Positions 8,308 through 18,053 of a DNA stretch of 30,508 nt are shown one piece after another. Each line of letters opens with the position of its first letter. Positions within the stretch are counted from its first letter, which is position 1. A program made the position numbers and the translations under genes. The notes below the pieces were generated by a model that saw only the letters and a program-made list of their open reading frames with translations, did not search any database and had not been told where the DNA came from. Source of the DNA: a virus (Duplodnaviria > Heunggongvirae > Uroviricota > Caudoviricetes); IMG/VR virus record IMGVR_UViG_3300023181_000001, positions 1 through 30,508 of that record. One strand, 5' to 3'.

Positions 8308-11300
8308 TTATTTAAATACTTTAACTTTAAAAGTAGCGCTAGTTGGATTTACTGCAACAGCTGATGAATTAAGTAATCTAATAGTTACCGTATCTGGTGC
8401 TGACACAAATGCAGAATACTCACTAGATGTAGGTGGTGGTGGAGTTCCTATGGAAACCGCATCCCCTAATGAAGCTCCTGTTACAGTTATAGTAAGGTCT
8501 GAATTTGAAGCTGGTGCAGTACTAGGAAAGTCCAATACAGAGGTCGCTGTCAAAATAGTATTTTGATTGACCAAACTCGTCCATATTGTCCCTGAATAGA
8601 TATCAATCGTTGAATTAGTAGTATTATATATTTGTAAACCATTTGCAGGGGATACTATTGCGTCTCTCTGTGCTGTGGTTAGTCTAGGTATTAGTAGCCC
8701 CTCCGTTGTACTATTAATAGCTAATCTCGCAGAAGGAATATCTGTAAAAGTACCGCCGTTCTGTAATTGTTCCCTACCACTCACAAACATTGTTTTTTGA
8801 AGCACTTTTCCGCCAGTAGTTCCTCCTGATGTATATTGTTGATACCTTCCTGACGCATGTGCATTTTCAATATTGCTGTAGCCATTTGTATCAAACAAAT
8901 TTAACCTTCCATAATTTGATCCTCCTGCGGTTTGCGTTAGGTATATTGTATTGCTAAATGGCATTGTTATACCTAAATTAGTATTGACCATTCCATTTTT
9001 TTGCACCTGTAAGCCGAGCAAAGGTAATGCAGATGTTCCAGAATACAAGTTAAGGTTTCCACTTGAATTGTGGTTCCTTATATTAAAATCTCCATTATCT
9101 TCGCAAATATCGATTCTGTTGTGGTTTACATTATCGTATCCTGCAAATATCCTGATACCCCTTAAAAGTGCTAAATCTTTAGACCTGTATGCAGGATTTG
9201 AAACTAAAGCATCTTTTTGTATGAGACTGTTTGAAAATATAATATCTCCTTCTGCCTGCACTGCATCTGGAAGCCCTGTTAAAGGGTAAACATTCCCAAG
9301 CGTATCCATTCCTAGCAAATTACCAGAAACTTTATAAGAAAAATTAGATAACTTTAAGTTTTTTATCTCTGAATTTCCGCCTGAAATTAGAGATTTTCCA
9401 GAAACATTAAAAATATATTCTATCAGGTTTGAGTTGGTAAATATTTTATAGTGAGCCTCGCTTCCTAGTACATTAGGATGGGTTCCATCATTTGTTAAAT
9501 TCCCTAAAGTTTTTACAGAACCGTAAGGAGAGTTAACAATCATTGTATCATAGAAGTCTAAGTATTTAGTACCTAAATTTGTGGCCACATTTAATATAGA
9601 GGTGTTGTAAGCTCGTATAGTAGTATCGGCAACACCTGTTTGAAGTTGATAGCCAGGCATTGTTACTAAAATAATATCAGTATTAACCCATCCCTTAGCA
9701 ATTGCTGCATTTACAAAGTTTGTAAGGTCACTTTGAAAATTAGCTGCTGTATTTCCACCAATTGCACGGTCATTTGTTCCATAGCCAATTACCAAATATT
9801 TTGAAGAACTTGTTTTTGTTGGGATTATAGTTGTAGCTTGTGTCTTAACCGATGTTCCTGCTATACCTAAATTACTTTCTGTGTAACCTAATGCTCCAGA
9901 TACTAATGTAGAATACCTTTTTGAGGTATCAGATAACCCAAATCCCGAAATAATACTGTCTCCTATCCAAACAATTGAATGTGGTGTAAGATTAGGTACA
10001 GATAAAGTCACTTTTGTGTAATCTAAAACATCTGTGGTGGTTAAGGCCGTTTGTCCTAGACCTATAGTTGTGTTATTCTTTAGTATTTCAAATCTTTGTT
10101 GTGTCTCCGTTATAATATAAATTAAAACTTGATTTGAAGGTATTACAACATTTGGATTTAAGGAATTTATATAGATTAAAAATCCTGCTTTATCTAAAGT
10201 TGTTAAATTAGAAGAACTTATACTATTAATTTTTAAATCTACATTCCCTGAACTTGGTGGGATACTGTCAAATAATTCTTGTACGTATTCTGGAGTAGTG
10301 ACATTAAGTATTGGGTTATAAGGATCACTATTATCTATAGCTAATGGGTCTAAAGCCTCTATACTTTGAACTCCTTGTTCTGTTATAGGTAAAGTAAGGT
10401 TTCCATTAGAGTCCGCTAGATTTCCATTGACTGAAACTACTTCATAACCTGATTGATTAGAAGCTTGTCTGTTAACAATAGAATTTATATTTTGAGCATA
10501 TATATTATAGTCAACTAATCCTTTTCTAATTTGAAATTTAGGAGTAGTGCCCTCTAGATACATTCCAGCAGAATTATCTCCAGAGGAATCACTGTTAACA
10601 TTAAAGGATTTAGATTCTCCAATAATAGCCATACTATTTGTAGTAATTTGACCTTCATCTGTTACAGATTGTAAGTCTTGCAATGTTTCTCCTTGTATGT
10701 CAAATTCAACAACCTTTCCATCTGATTTTCTTGCGAGTCCTTTTGTGACTGTGTTATCTGTTATGGGCTGTGTGGTTATATTCAGAGTTCCATCTCCATC
10801 CAATTTCATCTTAGTTGTAAGTGTCGAAATTGTACTTCCCGTCTTGAAATCTACTCCTGTATTATTTGTTGGTGCGATTATAATATCATTAGTTGAAGTT
10901 ATAGCTCCCTTATCTCTGAGGTAGGGTACAAAATAACCTGATCCAAACCATTGCATTGAAATGCTTTTTTCATATAGATTTGCGGAACCTCTAGCTACTA
11001 TTGAAGAAGTTGCACCATTTCCTGTATTTACGTTTACAGCTTCAAACCCGTTTCTTGTATTTGAGTTTTTATTTATCAGGAGGCCGTTTATATTTGCATC
11101 TACTGGGACTAACCTATCTCCTACATAAGAGTCTGTAGCTACTGTTTGGAACTGTTCTTCTAATTCTGTTAAGTATCCTGCGTCATTTACAAGTTCTGAT
11201 ACATTATTTCCTGGCTGTAATGCAGATTGTATGAGACTTTGAAGAATATCTGAAACCTTGACTTGAAAATCTTGTCCATTTTCAGTTACTGTGATGCTTG

Positions 11301-11508
11301 AATCAGGTGAAGTTATTGTTATATCACCTCCTTGACTAGAACCGCCTATTTGAGTAAGTACTCCTGTAAGAGAAGATACGTACATCAAGACTCCGTCAGA
11401 AGTCTTTAGAAAATATATAGAATTGGGGCATGGCTTTGAGGGTAAAGACTTTACCCAATTTATACTGTTTTCTTTGCACTTTTCTTTTTCACATTCCATA
11501 GTTACCAT
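8308..11508 (-). CDS. Large tail spike/fibre with internal SGNH/GDSL esterase domain
   Basis: All four SGNH blocks are present: WIGDSI (Ser at 9955-9957), NLGIAG, GYGTND and DGTHP (His at 9478-9480). Also present are fibre motifs (VSELVNDAGYLT, DLQSVTDEG.ITTN), the flavobacterial 'GLLIPRLTTAQRDAI' motif and a C-terminal beta-sandwich. The start could be 11526, 11508 or 11499. Confidence 0.85.
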   Translation of the reverse strand: MVTMECEKEKCKENSINWVKSLPSKPCPNSIYFLKTSDGVLMYVSSLTGVLTQIGGSSQGGDITITSPDSSITVTENGQDFQVKVSDILQSLIQSALQPGNNVSELVNDAGYLTELEEQFQTVATDSYVGDRLVPVDANINGLLINKNSNTRNGFEAVNVNTGNGATSSIVARGSANLYEKSISMQWFGSGYFVPYLRDKGAITSTNDIIIAPTNNTGVDFKTGSTISTLTTKMKLDGDGTLNITTQPITDNTVTKGLARKSDGKVVEFDIQGETLQDLQSVTDEGQITTNSMAIIGESKSFNVNSDSSGDNSAGMYLEGTTPKFQIRKGLVDYNIYAQNINSIVNRQASNQSGYEVVSVNGNLADSNGNLTLPITEQGVQSIEALDPLAIDNSDPYNPILNVTTPEYVQELFDSIPPSSGNVDLKINSISSSNLTTLDKAGFLIYINSLNPNVVIPSNQVLIYIITETQQRFEILKNNTTIGLGQTALTTTDVLDYTKVTLSVPNLTPHSIVWIGDSIISGFGLSDTSKRYSTLVSGALGYTESNLGIAGTSVKTQATTIIPTKTSSSKYLVIGYGTNDRAIGGNTAANFQSDLTNFVNAAIAKGWVNTDIILVTMPGYQLQTGVADTTIRAYNTSILNVATNLGTKYLDFYDTMIVNSPYGSVKTLGNLTNDGTHPNVLGSEAHYKIFTNSNLIEYIFNVSGKSLISGGNSEIKNLKLSNFSYKVSGNLLGMDTLGNVYPLTGLPDAVQAEGDIIFSNSLIQKDALVSNPAYRSKDLALLRGIRIFAGYDNVNHNRIDICEDNGDFNIRNHNSSGNLNLYSGTSALPLLGLQVQKNGMVNTNLGITMPFSNTIYLTQTAGGSNYGRLNLFDTNGYSNIENAHASGRYQQYTSGGTTGGKVLQKTMFVSGREQLQNGGTFTDIPSARLAINSTTEGLLIPRLTTAQRDAIVSPANGLQIYNTTNSTIDIYSGTIWTSLVNQNTILTATSVLDFPSTAPASNSDLTITVTGASLGDAVSIGTPPPPTSSEYSAFVSAPDTVTIRLLNSSAVAVNPTSATFKVKVFK

Positions 11509-11831
11509 TCTATTTTTGGCGCACATTCTCTTAATATCTTGAATTCTTCACACCAATCGCATTTATGTTCCTTATAGTGATTGCAATGTGCTTTTAATCC
11601 GTGTTTTTTACACTTCTTTTGAGTTTGATTGTTTATCTCTTCTTTTATCTCATCTTCTAGACACTCATAGAAATTTCTATAGGCTTCCATCTTAAAATAG
11701 TCTTTCAAGAAATCCACGTCTGAGCCTATCCTGAAATGTTTATATTTATAATGTTTTTGGTAATTCTCTTGTGCTGTTTTTTCAATGTCATCATAAGAGT
11801 ATTTTTTGAAACTTATCTGCCCTGCTAACAT
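11502..11831 (-). CDS. Hypothetical Cys/His-rich protein
   Basis: 109 aa, coupled to both neighbours, with C-terminal CKKH...HCNH...HKCDWC. Confidence 0.65.
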   Translation of the reverse strand: MLAGQISFKKYSYDDIEKTAQENYQKHYKYKHFRIGSDVDFLKDYFKMEAYRNFYECLEDEIKEEINNQTQKKCKKHGLKAHCNHYKEHKCDWCEEFKILRECAPKIEW

Positions 11832-12319
11832 GATTCACAGTTTATTGACTCTGCTAAAGTTTTGGCAGAATTATATGATTGAACAGCCTTTTGGTAATTA
11901 CCTTCCTTTATGTAAGAGTTAGCAACCTCTAATAGCCATTTTAGTTGAAACACACTTTTTATTTCTTTTTCGCCGAAATAAAAAAGCTCATTTATTTTTA
12001 TTATCTTTTTTGATAGTTGGAATTCTAAAGAGTCTGTTTTGAGATAGTATTTGCTTTCACTGATATCTTCAAACTTGCTCAGAACTTTAATCTCGTAAAT
12101 CCCATCAAGCAAGTCTCCACATCCGAGTCCTAAATCTTTCGCATTAATAGTATTAATATTATTCTTGCGAAAAGTCAGGGTTGTGCATTTCTTTGATCCT
12201 GGTGGCACTATCTGTATGTAAGCAGTCTTCTTTGAAGCATAAGACCAATCACTGTCATCATATACTGCTATCGTTCTTGGTGAAGTGGGCAGGACGTAAA
12301 AATCTATATCAATCTTCAA
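11825..12319 (-). CDS. Conserved crAss-like virion protein, probably tail hub/fibre-docking type
   Basis: TTG start. DF.V..T.P.TI.V.D.S.W, L.DGIYEI and YYLKT motifs, then a helical hairpin ending in CESC. It sits directly after the 740-aa virion protein, as in crAss-like blocks. Confidence 0.6.
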   Translation of the reverse strand: MKIDIDFYVLPTSPRTIAVYDDSDWSYASKKTAYIQIVPPGSKKCTTLTFRKNNINTINAKDLGLGCGDLLDGIYEIKVLSKFEDISESKYYLKTDSLEFQLSKKIIKINELFYFGEKEIKSVFQLKWLLEVANSYIKEGNYQKAVQSYNSAKTLAESINCESC

Positions 12320-12348
12320 AGTATTATAATTTTATTGTTATTAATATA

Positions 12349-12375
12349 AGAGGGAAGCTTTTTACACCTCCCTCT
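12349..12375 (-). terminator. Hairpin/terminator after the 740-aa virion protein gene
   Basis: Minus strand reads AGAGGGA-GGTGTAAAAAGCT-TCCCTCT followed by TATATT (7-bp stem, weak U-tract). Confidence 0.55.
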
Positions 12376-12387
12376 ATTTTTAATCTA

Positions 12388-14610
12388 TTATGCTACAAAA
12401 GCTTTCTCCACTGGAATCCCAACTTTAGCGGCCAGTTGGTTCACTAATACTTGGAGGTCTTGGTGGTATCCGACTTCTGCCCAAATTGTATAGCTTGTTC
12501 CGATATTGGAAGTGTGCCCTACTCCTTGAGAGAATTTTCTATCCATTATAGTGATTTCAAAACCTACATATTGTGCTGAGAAATTCAAATTAGAAGCTTC
12601 TCCCAATACTTGTCTTGCATACATATTGTCTTTATGGCGGAAAGTTCCTTCAAAATACACTCTTGATGCTTCTTCCCATCCTAGCAAATGCCATCCTAAA
12701 TTATCTCTGTCTTGTGCCCAGCTCAATTGCTTGATAGCAAAAGGTTCGATGTTCACATAAGTTGATAAGTTAATTTCTTCAGCGTATCCGCCAGCAACCA
12801 TAATTCTTACAGAAGTTTCATAGTAAGGGATTTGGTCTTTTGCGATATCATCTGGTCTTTGGATGATTGGCTTACCTGTAATCTTGATTCCCATTAATCC
12901 TTCTGCGTCTTCTACAACATCTAATCTTCTCCATTCAATTCCTTCATAAGCGTTAGGAGCTTCCGAAGTGAAAAGTTCTGTAAAGATAGGGTCGCAGTCT
13001 TCACAAACTAGGTCTGTTGCTACTGTTGTTTGATAAACTGTCTGGCATCCTCCTTGTGAAGCGATTGGAGTAACTGCTCCTAAAGTTCCTGCTAAGTTTG
13101 TAGTTGCATTTGTGATTGTAATGCCTGTTACGTCTGCATTTAATGCTCTGAAAGTCAAAACTGCTCCATTTGCTGTAACTTGTACTCCTGCTGTTGCTAA
13201 AGCGGCAGAATGCGTTGTAACGAAGTTTGTAGCCGTAACTGCAAGGCTCGTTGCAAAAGTTGCCAAGTAGTTTGTACCTTTAACTGAAACGTTAGCTGTT
13301 CCTGATGTTCCTGTCAATGTCACTGTTCTTGTAGCAAAATCCGTATTAACTACTGCAATTGTCAATTGTGGGTAAGCTAGTTGCAATTCAGCTAGTCTTG
13401 AACCGTCGCAATCGTCATCTTGAAGTTGGATTTGGTAAGTTTCAGTAGAGGTGAAACAGCTTTCTCCATCAACCCATGCAAATTCTGTTTCTGTTGTATT
13501 GTTACACAAATCAGATACAAGTCCTACTAATTGAATTTCTGCGGTTTTTTGTATTGTCCCTGCCGCTACGAAAGTATTGATTTCAGCTACAGTAAGTTCG
13601 TTATCTAAAACAACTGTGTATGTTCCCATACCATCACTGTTTCCTACTTTTACTGTTGATGCTGCTACTGCTCCTGGAAGTGCTTGTACTAATGCTGCTG
13701 AACTTCCTCCGTCATCTTCTAGAGACACTGAATAGATTATACCGCCTGCAAGTTCTGTGTATCCTGCTGGACAGTCCTCACAGCCTTTAACGTAACCTCC
13801 GAAAGTTCTCACGTAATCTGCTAAAGCAACTCCTTCTGGTCTTACTACTGAATAAACAGAATTAATTCCTTGACGTTCTTTTAGAACTACTGTGTAATCA
13901 TACTGCGCTTGGATTCTTGCCAAATCTGCTGGCTCTCCTTGGTCTTGTACTGTCAAAGTTGCAAATACATATTCGTCTCCTGTCAATGCTTCTGCTGTAG
14001 AATCTACTAGTTTTACAGAAGCCAGTGAAGTCAAAGGAATGTTTCCTTGAATAGTGTAGTTTTGAATATTTCTATAAAGCTCTTCGATTACTTCTTTCAT
14101 CGACTGTCCCACTTCTCTTTGAATGTGGAATTTTGCCAAATGTTTTTTAGTACCCGTAACAAACTCCAAAGCATCTCCGCAGAAAGAAATATCTACTACT
14201 GAATAGCCTCCCTCTGGAATTGTCAAAGCTGTTGAGGGATTGATACCATCATACCCGATAATCCAAGAATCAAATTTCTGTTCTGAATATTTAGGTGCAA
14301 CTGTTTTAATAGCCTTGATATCTCCTAATCTGAATACCTCAGAAGAGTTAGGTTTGTTATTATATACGTTTGTTGGATTAGGAAGTTGGAATTTTCCCAT
14401 TCTCATTTCCAATTGCGCATTAGGCGAAAGTGCTGAAATCAAGCCTGCGCTCAATACTGCCGCTCCTGATTGCGTTCCAATTGTAACTGGTTTGTCTTTT
14501 TGCACTAATGCAAACTGTCCTTGGGCTAATTTTGATCCTACCCCTGCTGTCTTTACTGCGCCATCAATTGTAAAAAGGTGGCGAGATAATGCTGAATGAA
14601 TACCTGGCAT
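12388..14610 (-). CDS. Abundant virion structural protein (crAss-like 'gene 74' position; candidate auxiliary capsid/decoration protein)
   Basis: 740 aa, beta-rich, Ala/Thr/Val-rich, with MCP-like codon usage and a terminator right after it. Syntenic after MCP-unknown-ring. Confidence 0.65.
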   Translation of the reverse strand: MPGIHSALSRHLFTIDGAVKTAGVGSKLAQGQFALVQKDKPVTIGTQSGAAVLSAGLISALSPNAQLEMRMGKFQLPNPTNVYNNKPNSSEVFRLGDIKAIKTVAPKYSEQKFDSWIIGYDGINPSTALTIPEGGYSVVDISFCGDALEFVTGTKKHLAKFHIQREVGQSMKEVIEELYRNIQNYTIQGNIPLTSLASVKLVDSTAEALTGDEYVFATLTVQDQGEPADLARIQAQYDYTVVLKERQGINSVYSVVRPEGVALADYVRTFGGYVKGCEDCPAGYTELAGGIIYSVSLEDDGGSSAALVQALPGAVAASTVKVGNSDGMGTYTVVLDNELTVAEINTFVAAGTIQKTAEIQLVGLVSDLCNNTTETEFAWVDGESCFTSTETYQIQLQDDDCDGSRLAELQLAYPQLTIAVVNTDFATRTVTLTGTSGTANVSVKGTNYLATFATSLAVTATNFVTTHSAALATAGVQVTANGAVLTFRALNADVTGITITNATTNLAGTLGAVTPIASQGGCQTVYQTTVATDLVCEDCDPIFTELFTSEAPNAYEGIEWRRLDVVEDAEGLMGIKITGKPIIQRPDDIAKDQIPYYETSVRIMVAGGYAEEINLSTYVNIEPFAIKQLSWAQDRDNLGWHLLGWEEASRVYFEGTFRHKDNMYARQVLGEASNLNFSAQYVGFEITIMDRKFSQGVGHTSNIGTSYTIWAEVGYHQDLQVLVNQLAAKVGIPVEKAFVA

Positions 14611-14630
14611 CGTTTCTTATTTAATTTTTG

Positions 14631-15290
14631 TTAGTTTTGTAATCTGTTTAAATCAGGATTTATCCTGTTTGAGTTAGCCGATGTGTCAAATTCTAGGACA
14701 CATAGGTCGATAATTTTGTAAATTGATTTGTCATCCCACTCTATGATGAAGTCATCGTCAAAGTCTGACTCTGGATTATTTTCTTGCATCAATTTGATTT
14801 CCGTTGGGTTTCGGTAGTAGGACATTTTAACTTTTTCTATCGTGAAGTCGTCTTGGAATATTTCAACCGTATCCGAGGAGAGAGAGTATAAGCTTTCTCT
14901 CCATAGGAAGTCTGGTTTTGTGTCTGAGTTTCTTAAATATTCCGTGTAATTCTCAGGAGATGTTTCATAGAGAAAAATCTTTTGGTTTTTGCATTCTTCT
15001 TTTGTGGCGTAAGCCTCTATGTCTCCTAAGTCGAAAAAGTTTTGGGGTAGTTTGAATCTTGAAGATTGGGTTGTTCTGGAATCTAGTTCCAAAGGTTTTG
15101 ATATTTCTAGAAAAATCTGAGCTTCTCTTATGTTATCACTCCCTTTCATTTCAAGTAGCCTGCGGTAATAGACTATCTGCTGGTTGTTCCATAGTATTTG
15201 AAACCTTCCTCTATCTGTTGATTTTGCATCATTTGTAAGGTTTTTCTCCGCCTTGGTCAAATATATTAGATAGATATCTTCAGCTGTCAT
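14631..15290 (-). CDS. Tail ring / head-tail connector protein
   Basis: 219 aa. N-terminal helices, F.LP.NFF, a beta core, Y(Y)RNP..I and a C-terminal 'W......IID..V' helix, the pattern of P22 gp4/T7 gp11-like crAss ring proteins. Confidence 0.72.
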   Translation of the reverse strand: MTAEDIYLIYLTKAEKNLTNDAKSTDRGRFQILWNNQQIVYYRRLLEMKGSDNIREAQIFLEISKPLELDSRTTQSSRFKLPQNFFDLGDIEAYATKEECKNQKIFLYETSPENYTEYLRNSDTKPDFLWRESLYSLSSDTVEIFQDDFTIEKVKMSYYRNPTEIKLMQENNPESDFDDDFIIEWDDKSIYKIIDLCVLEFDTSANSNRINPDLNRLQN

Positions 15291-15291
15291 A

Positions 15292-16254
15292 TTATTCTAT
15301 ATTGTCTAATTCGTCTTGAATTGCTTTTTTAAGTTGAGAAGCTTTTTCGTCTTTTTGTACTGCGACTTTAGCCGCCGCTTTTAAGCTGTTTCCTAAAAGA
15401 AGATCTCCAAGATAGTATTGACTTCTTCTGTATGTAAGTTTCTTGTTATGGTTTAGCTTGTTCAGGGCTGAGAAATATTCCATTTCAACTTTTTTGTTCT
15501 TGTCATCAAGCATCTCATAGGCTTCCATGAATTTCTCACAGTTCTTCTGTCCTGTAGTAAGGTTATCAAAGAAGATAGAAACTTGTGTCATTAAAGTATC
15601 CTTGTCTGTTCCTCTTGGATTTGGGAAATTAATCCATTCCAAGATTGAATAAAGGTCATCGTTCTCTTCAATTTCGTTCAAGAGATTCATAAAAGTAAAG
15701 AATGCTTTTGCTTTGTCTTTTGCTTTTTTCTCTTTTACGTTTTGTTTTTTATTGTTATCTACTATGCAGTATTTAGCTTTTTGGTAGAAATGGTCTTTTT
15801 CACCTTTCTCGCAGATATGTCCTTTTTTCAAAGCTTGAAACAACTCCAAACGGTGCTTAAAGTTATTCATATCAAAAACTTTACCTATGTACAAATCCAT
15901 CATAAAGCCTTTATCTCCACCTTCTCCCCAAAATTCATCATTTGTAGAATCTAATTTCTTTTTGAATCTTTTTTCATAAGGTGTTTGGATATGAGTTACA
16001 TAGTTTTTGATTATACTTTCTTCCACTCCTTCGTTAGAAGCTGAATCTTTATCAAAAGATGTATCATAGCAGTCTAATTGCGAATCGTAAGGTACTGAAT
16101 GCTTTTCTCCAATTCCTGACATCAGGTATTTTGAAGTATCATATTCAGCAAAACCTTTTGGAGCATCCAAATCAGGCTTTCCAATAATTGTATATTTATG
16201 GTTCCCGCCTACTGTAATTTCGGTATTTCCCACTTTTAGTGTTACTTCACTCAT
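15292..16254 (-). CDS. Conserved crAss-like hypothetical protein downstream of the MCP
   Basis: 320 aa, highly charged, in the position conserved in crAss-like phages. Function is not recognisable. Confidence 0.7.
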   Translation of the reverse strand: MSEVTLKVGNTEITVGGNHKYTIIGKPDLDAPKGFAEYDTSKYLMSGIGEKHSVPYDSQLDCYDTSFDKDSASNEGVEESIIKNYVTHIQTPYEKRFKKKLDSTNDEFWGEGGDKGFMMDLYIGKVFDMNNFKHRLELFQALKKGHICEKGEKDHFYQKAKYCIVDNNKKQNVKEKKAKDKAKAFFTFMNLLNEIEENDDLYSILEWINFPNPRGTDKDTLMTQVSIFFDNLTTGQKNCEKFMEAYEMLDDKNKKVEMEYFSALNKLNHNKKLTYRRSQYYLGDLLLGNSLKAAAKVAVQKDEKASQLKKAIQDELDNIE

Positions 16255-16282
16255 TTTGTTTTGTTTTTCTCTTTTTTCTTTT

Positions 16283-16317
16283 AAAAACCTCCCTTGATTT
16301 TCTTAGGTCAAGGGAGG
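16283..16317 (-). terminator. Strong intrinsic terminator after the major capsid gene
   Basis: Minus strand reads CCTCCCTTGA-CCTAAGAAAA-TCAAGGGAGG-TTTTT: a perfect 10-bp stem plus U5. Confidence 0.9.
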
Positions 16318-16333
16318 GTATGCTTATTCTATT

Positions 16334-18031
16334 TTAGTTGTAACCTCTGCGTGCTTCTTTTGCCAATTCAATCATTGCAAATTTAGAAGGGTCTCTCATC
16401 CAAGTTGAAGCAGAACCGTAAATGAAGAATGATTCTGTCATTGTTTTTCTTGAAGCTACAATATCTTTTGCAGATTTAGAACTGTAACGTCCATTTTCAG
16501 TACCCCAGAAAACTTTATCTCCTTTTGGTACAACCAAGTGGATATTAGCTTTGTCATTTCCTCCGATGTTTGTAACTCCTGCTGGCATTCTACCGTTATT
16601 AGAATATGCTTGGTCTGTTACATCCCACATAATTCCTGAGTAAGTAGTGCTTGAGAATCCATTAGCATTAGCTCCTTGGAATCTTCTGTCTTGAAGTCCT
16701 TGTGCCGCGTAATCCAACCCTTTGTCAACTGTATGCTCAACTTGTCCAATTCCTGGTAAGTAAACTGATTTTACTTTTACAGGCTTAAGAATCAAGGCAT
16801 CCCAAGGCCCCGAAACAGGGCTTGTAGTCATTACTCTGTCTGCTCCTAAAAGAGGTGCAATACGGTTAATCTGTTCGTTAAATTCATTTTGATAAATCAT
16901 CTCGAAGTTCTTTCCAAGTTCTGTACCTGTCTTGAATCTCAATACTCTATCAATAACATCCATCATAGGGTTTTGCTTGAATACATAATCAGCTAAAACT
17001 GCTAAATGGCTTGGTTTCATTCCCATACGTTTTGCGTACGTCAAAATAAATCCTCTTCTCATCTGATGCCACAATCCTTCATTATATCTTACGATACCTT
17101 TTTCAGTTTTGATTGTGAAACCTCTTTGCCACATTAATGAGCGAGACATCAAAGTATTAAATTTTCTGATAGTCAAGATTTGCATCATAGAAGCTACAGA
17201 TTTAACTGTTCCTCTTCCTGGTACGTTTTGTTTTAGGAAAGCAATTTCCATTCCTTGTGCTGCATAATTCTCAACATCTGAAATCAAATCTCTAGAACTC
17301 GTCTTACCCCAAGCTAAATCTACTTCGTTGGCCTTTCCTGTATAGAAAGTTTCAGCTCCCATTGGAGAACCAATTTGGAATTCAAAAGTTTGATAGTTTG
17401 AACCTGCTTCTAAATGAGCCAAGGCTAGTTTTTCTCCGTACTCTGCAACTCCATGACCTGAATCAATATAAGTAACATCAGATTTTAAAAGAGATGTGTC
17501 ATAAGTTTTTTCAGAATCATTAGTTCCTAAAACAACTGTATGCAAGAATCCTCCTGATACTGCCTGAACTGGTTCTGCATCTGAAACAACAATAGTCATA
17601 CCTTCATCATCGATGGCATTTGCTGTCAAAGTTGTATTTGGAGCGAACTCTTTGTTCAAGATAATCTGGAAAGTTGTTCCATCGATACCTGCCAAAGGTT
17701 GGTCAGAAGTATCTCCTGTAGTCTTTGTTCTGTTATCTGTTTCGATAGGTAAGTCATAGTGGAACTTTCCTTCCCATCCGTTTACTTCCAGAATTGCTCC
17801 TGAAGATAGTGCGTCTTGGTAGAATGGTACTACTGATACGTCTCCTTGCTCACCAAATTGATTGATAAGTCCTAAGTGATTTTTTAGAGGATCTTCCTCA
17901 TAAATGTCTTGTAATGTTGAATAGTCTTGATATCCTTGTTGAGATACTAATGACCTGGCTGCGTCTGCCGTTGTAAATGCAACAGCCATATCAGAATTTC
18001 TATTCGCTACATGGTTTGTGTAAAAACTCAT
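16334..18031 (-). CDS. Major capsid protein (HK97 fold, crAss-like type)
   Basis: 565 aa, positioned after portal and scaffold. crAss-MCP-like motifs EGLWHQM and C-terminal F.IYG.ASTWMRDPSK...IEL. Strong codon bias and a strong downstream terminator. Confidence 0.88.
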   Translation of the reverse strand: MSFYTNHVANRNSDMAVAFTTADAARSLVSQQGYQDYSTLQDIYEEDPLKNHLGLINQFGEQGDVSVVPFYQDALSSGAILEVNGWEGKFHYDLPIETDNRTKTTGDTSDQPLAGIDGTTFQIILNKEFAPNTTLTANAIDDEGMTIVVSDAEPVQAVSGGFLHTVVLGTNDSEKTYDTSLLKSDVTYIDSGHGVAEYGEKLALAHLEAGSNYQTFEFQIGSPMGAETFYTGKANEVDLAWGKTSSRDLISDVENYAAQGMEIAFLKQNVPGRGTVKSVASMMQILTIRKFNTLMSRSLMWQRGFTIKTEKGIVRYNEGLWHQMRRGFILTYAKRMGMKPSHLAVLADYVFKQNPMMDVIDRVLRFKTGTELGKNFEMIYQNEFNEQINRIAPLLGADRVMTTSPVSGPWDALILKPVKVKSVYLPGIGQVEHTVDKGLDYAAQGLQDRRFQGANANGFSSTTYSGIMWDVTDQAYSNNGRMPAGVTNIGGNDKANIHLVVPKGDKVFWGTENGRYSSKSAKDIVASRKTMTESFFIYGSASTWMRDPSKFAMIELAKEARRGYN

Positions 18032-18053
18032 TTGTCTTTTTTAATTTTAATGT

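Noticed and set aside
1375-11508. Diversity-generating retroelement targeting the fibre genes
   Set aside because: No reverse transcriptase and no near-identical TR/VR pair differing at adenines were seen. The fibre repeats are diverged protein-level repeats.
12388-14610. 740-aa protein as a contractile tail sheath
   Set aside because: No tape measure, baseplate or tube genes are in the window, and the ring/hub genes point to a short non-contractile tail.
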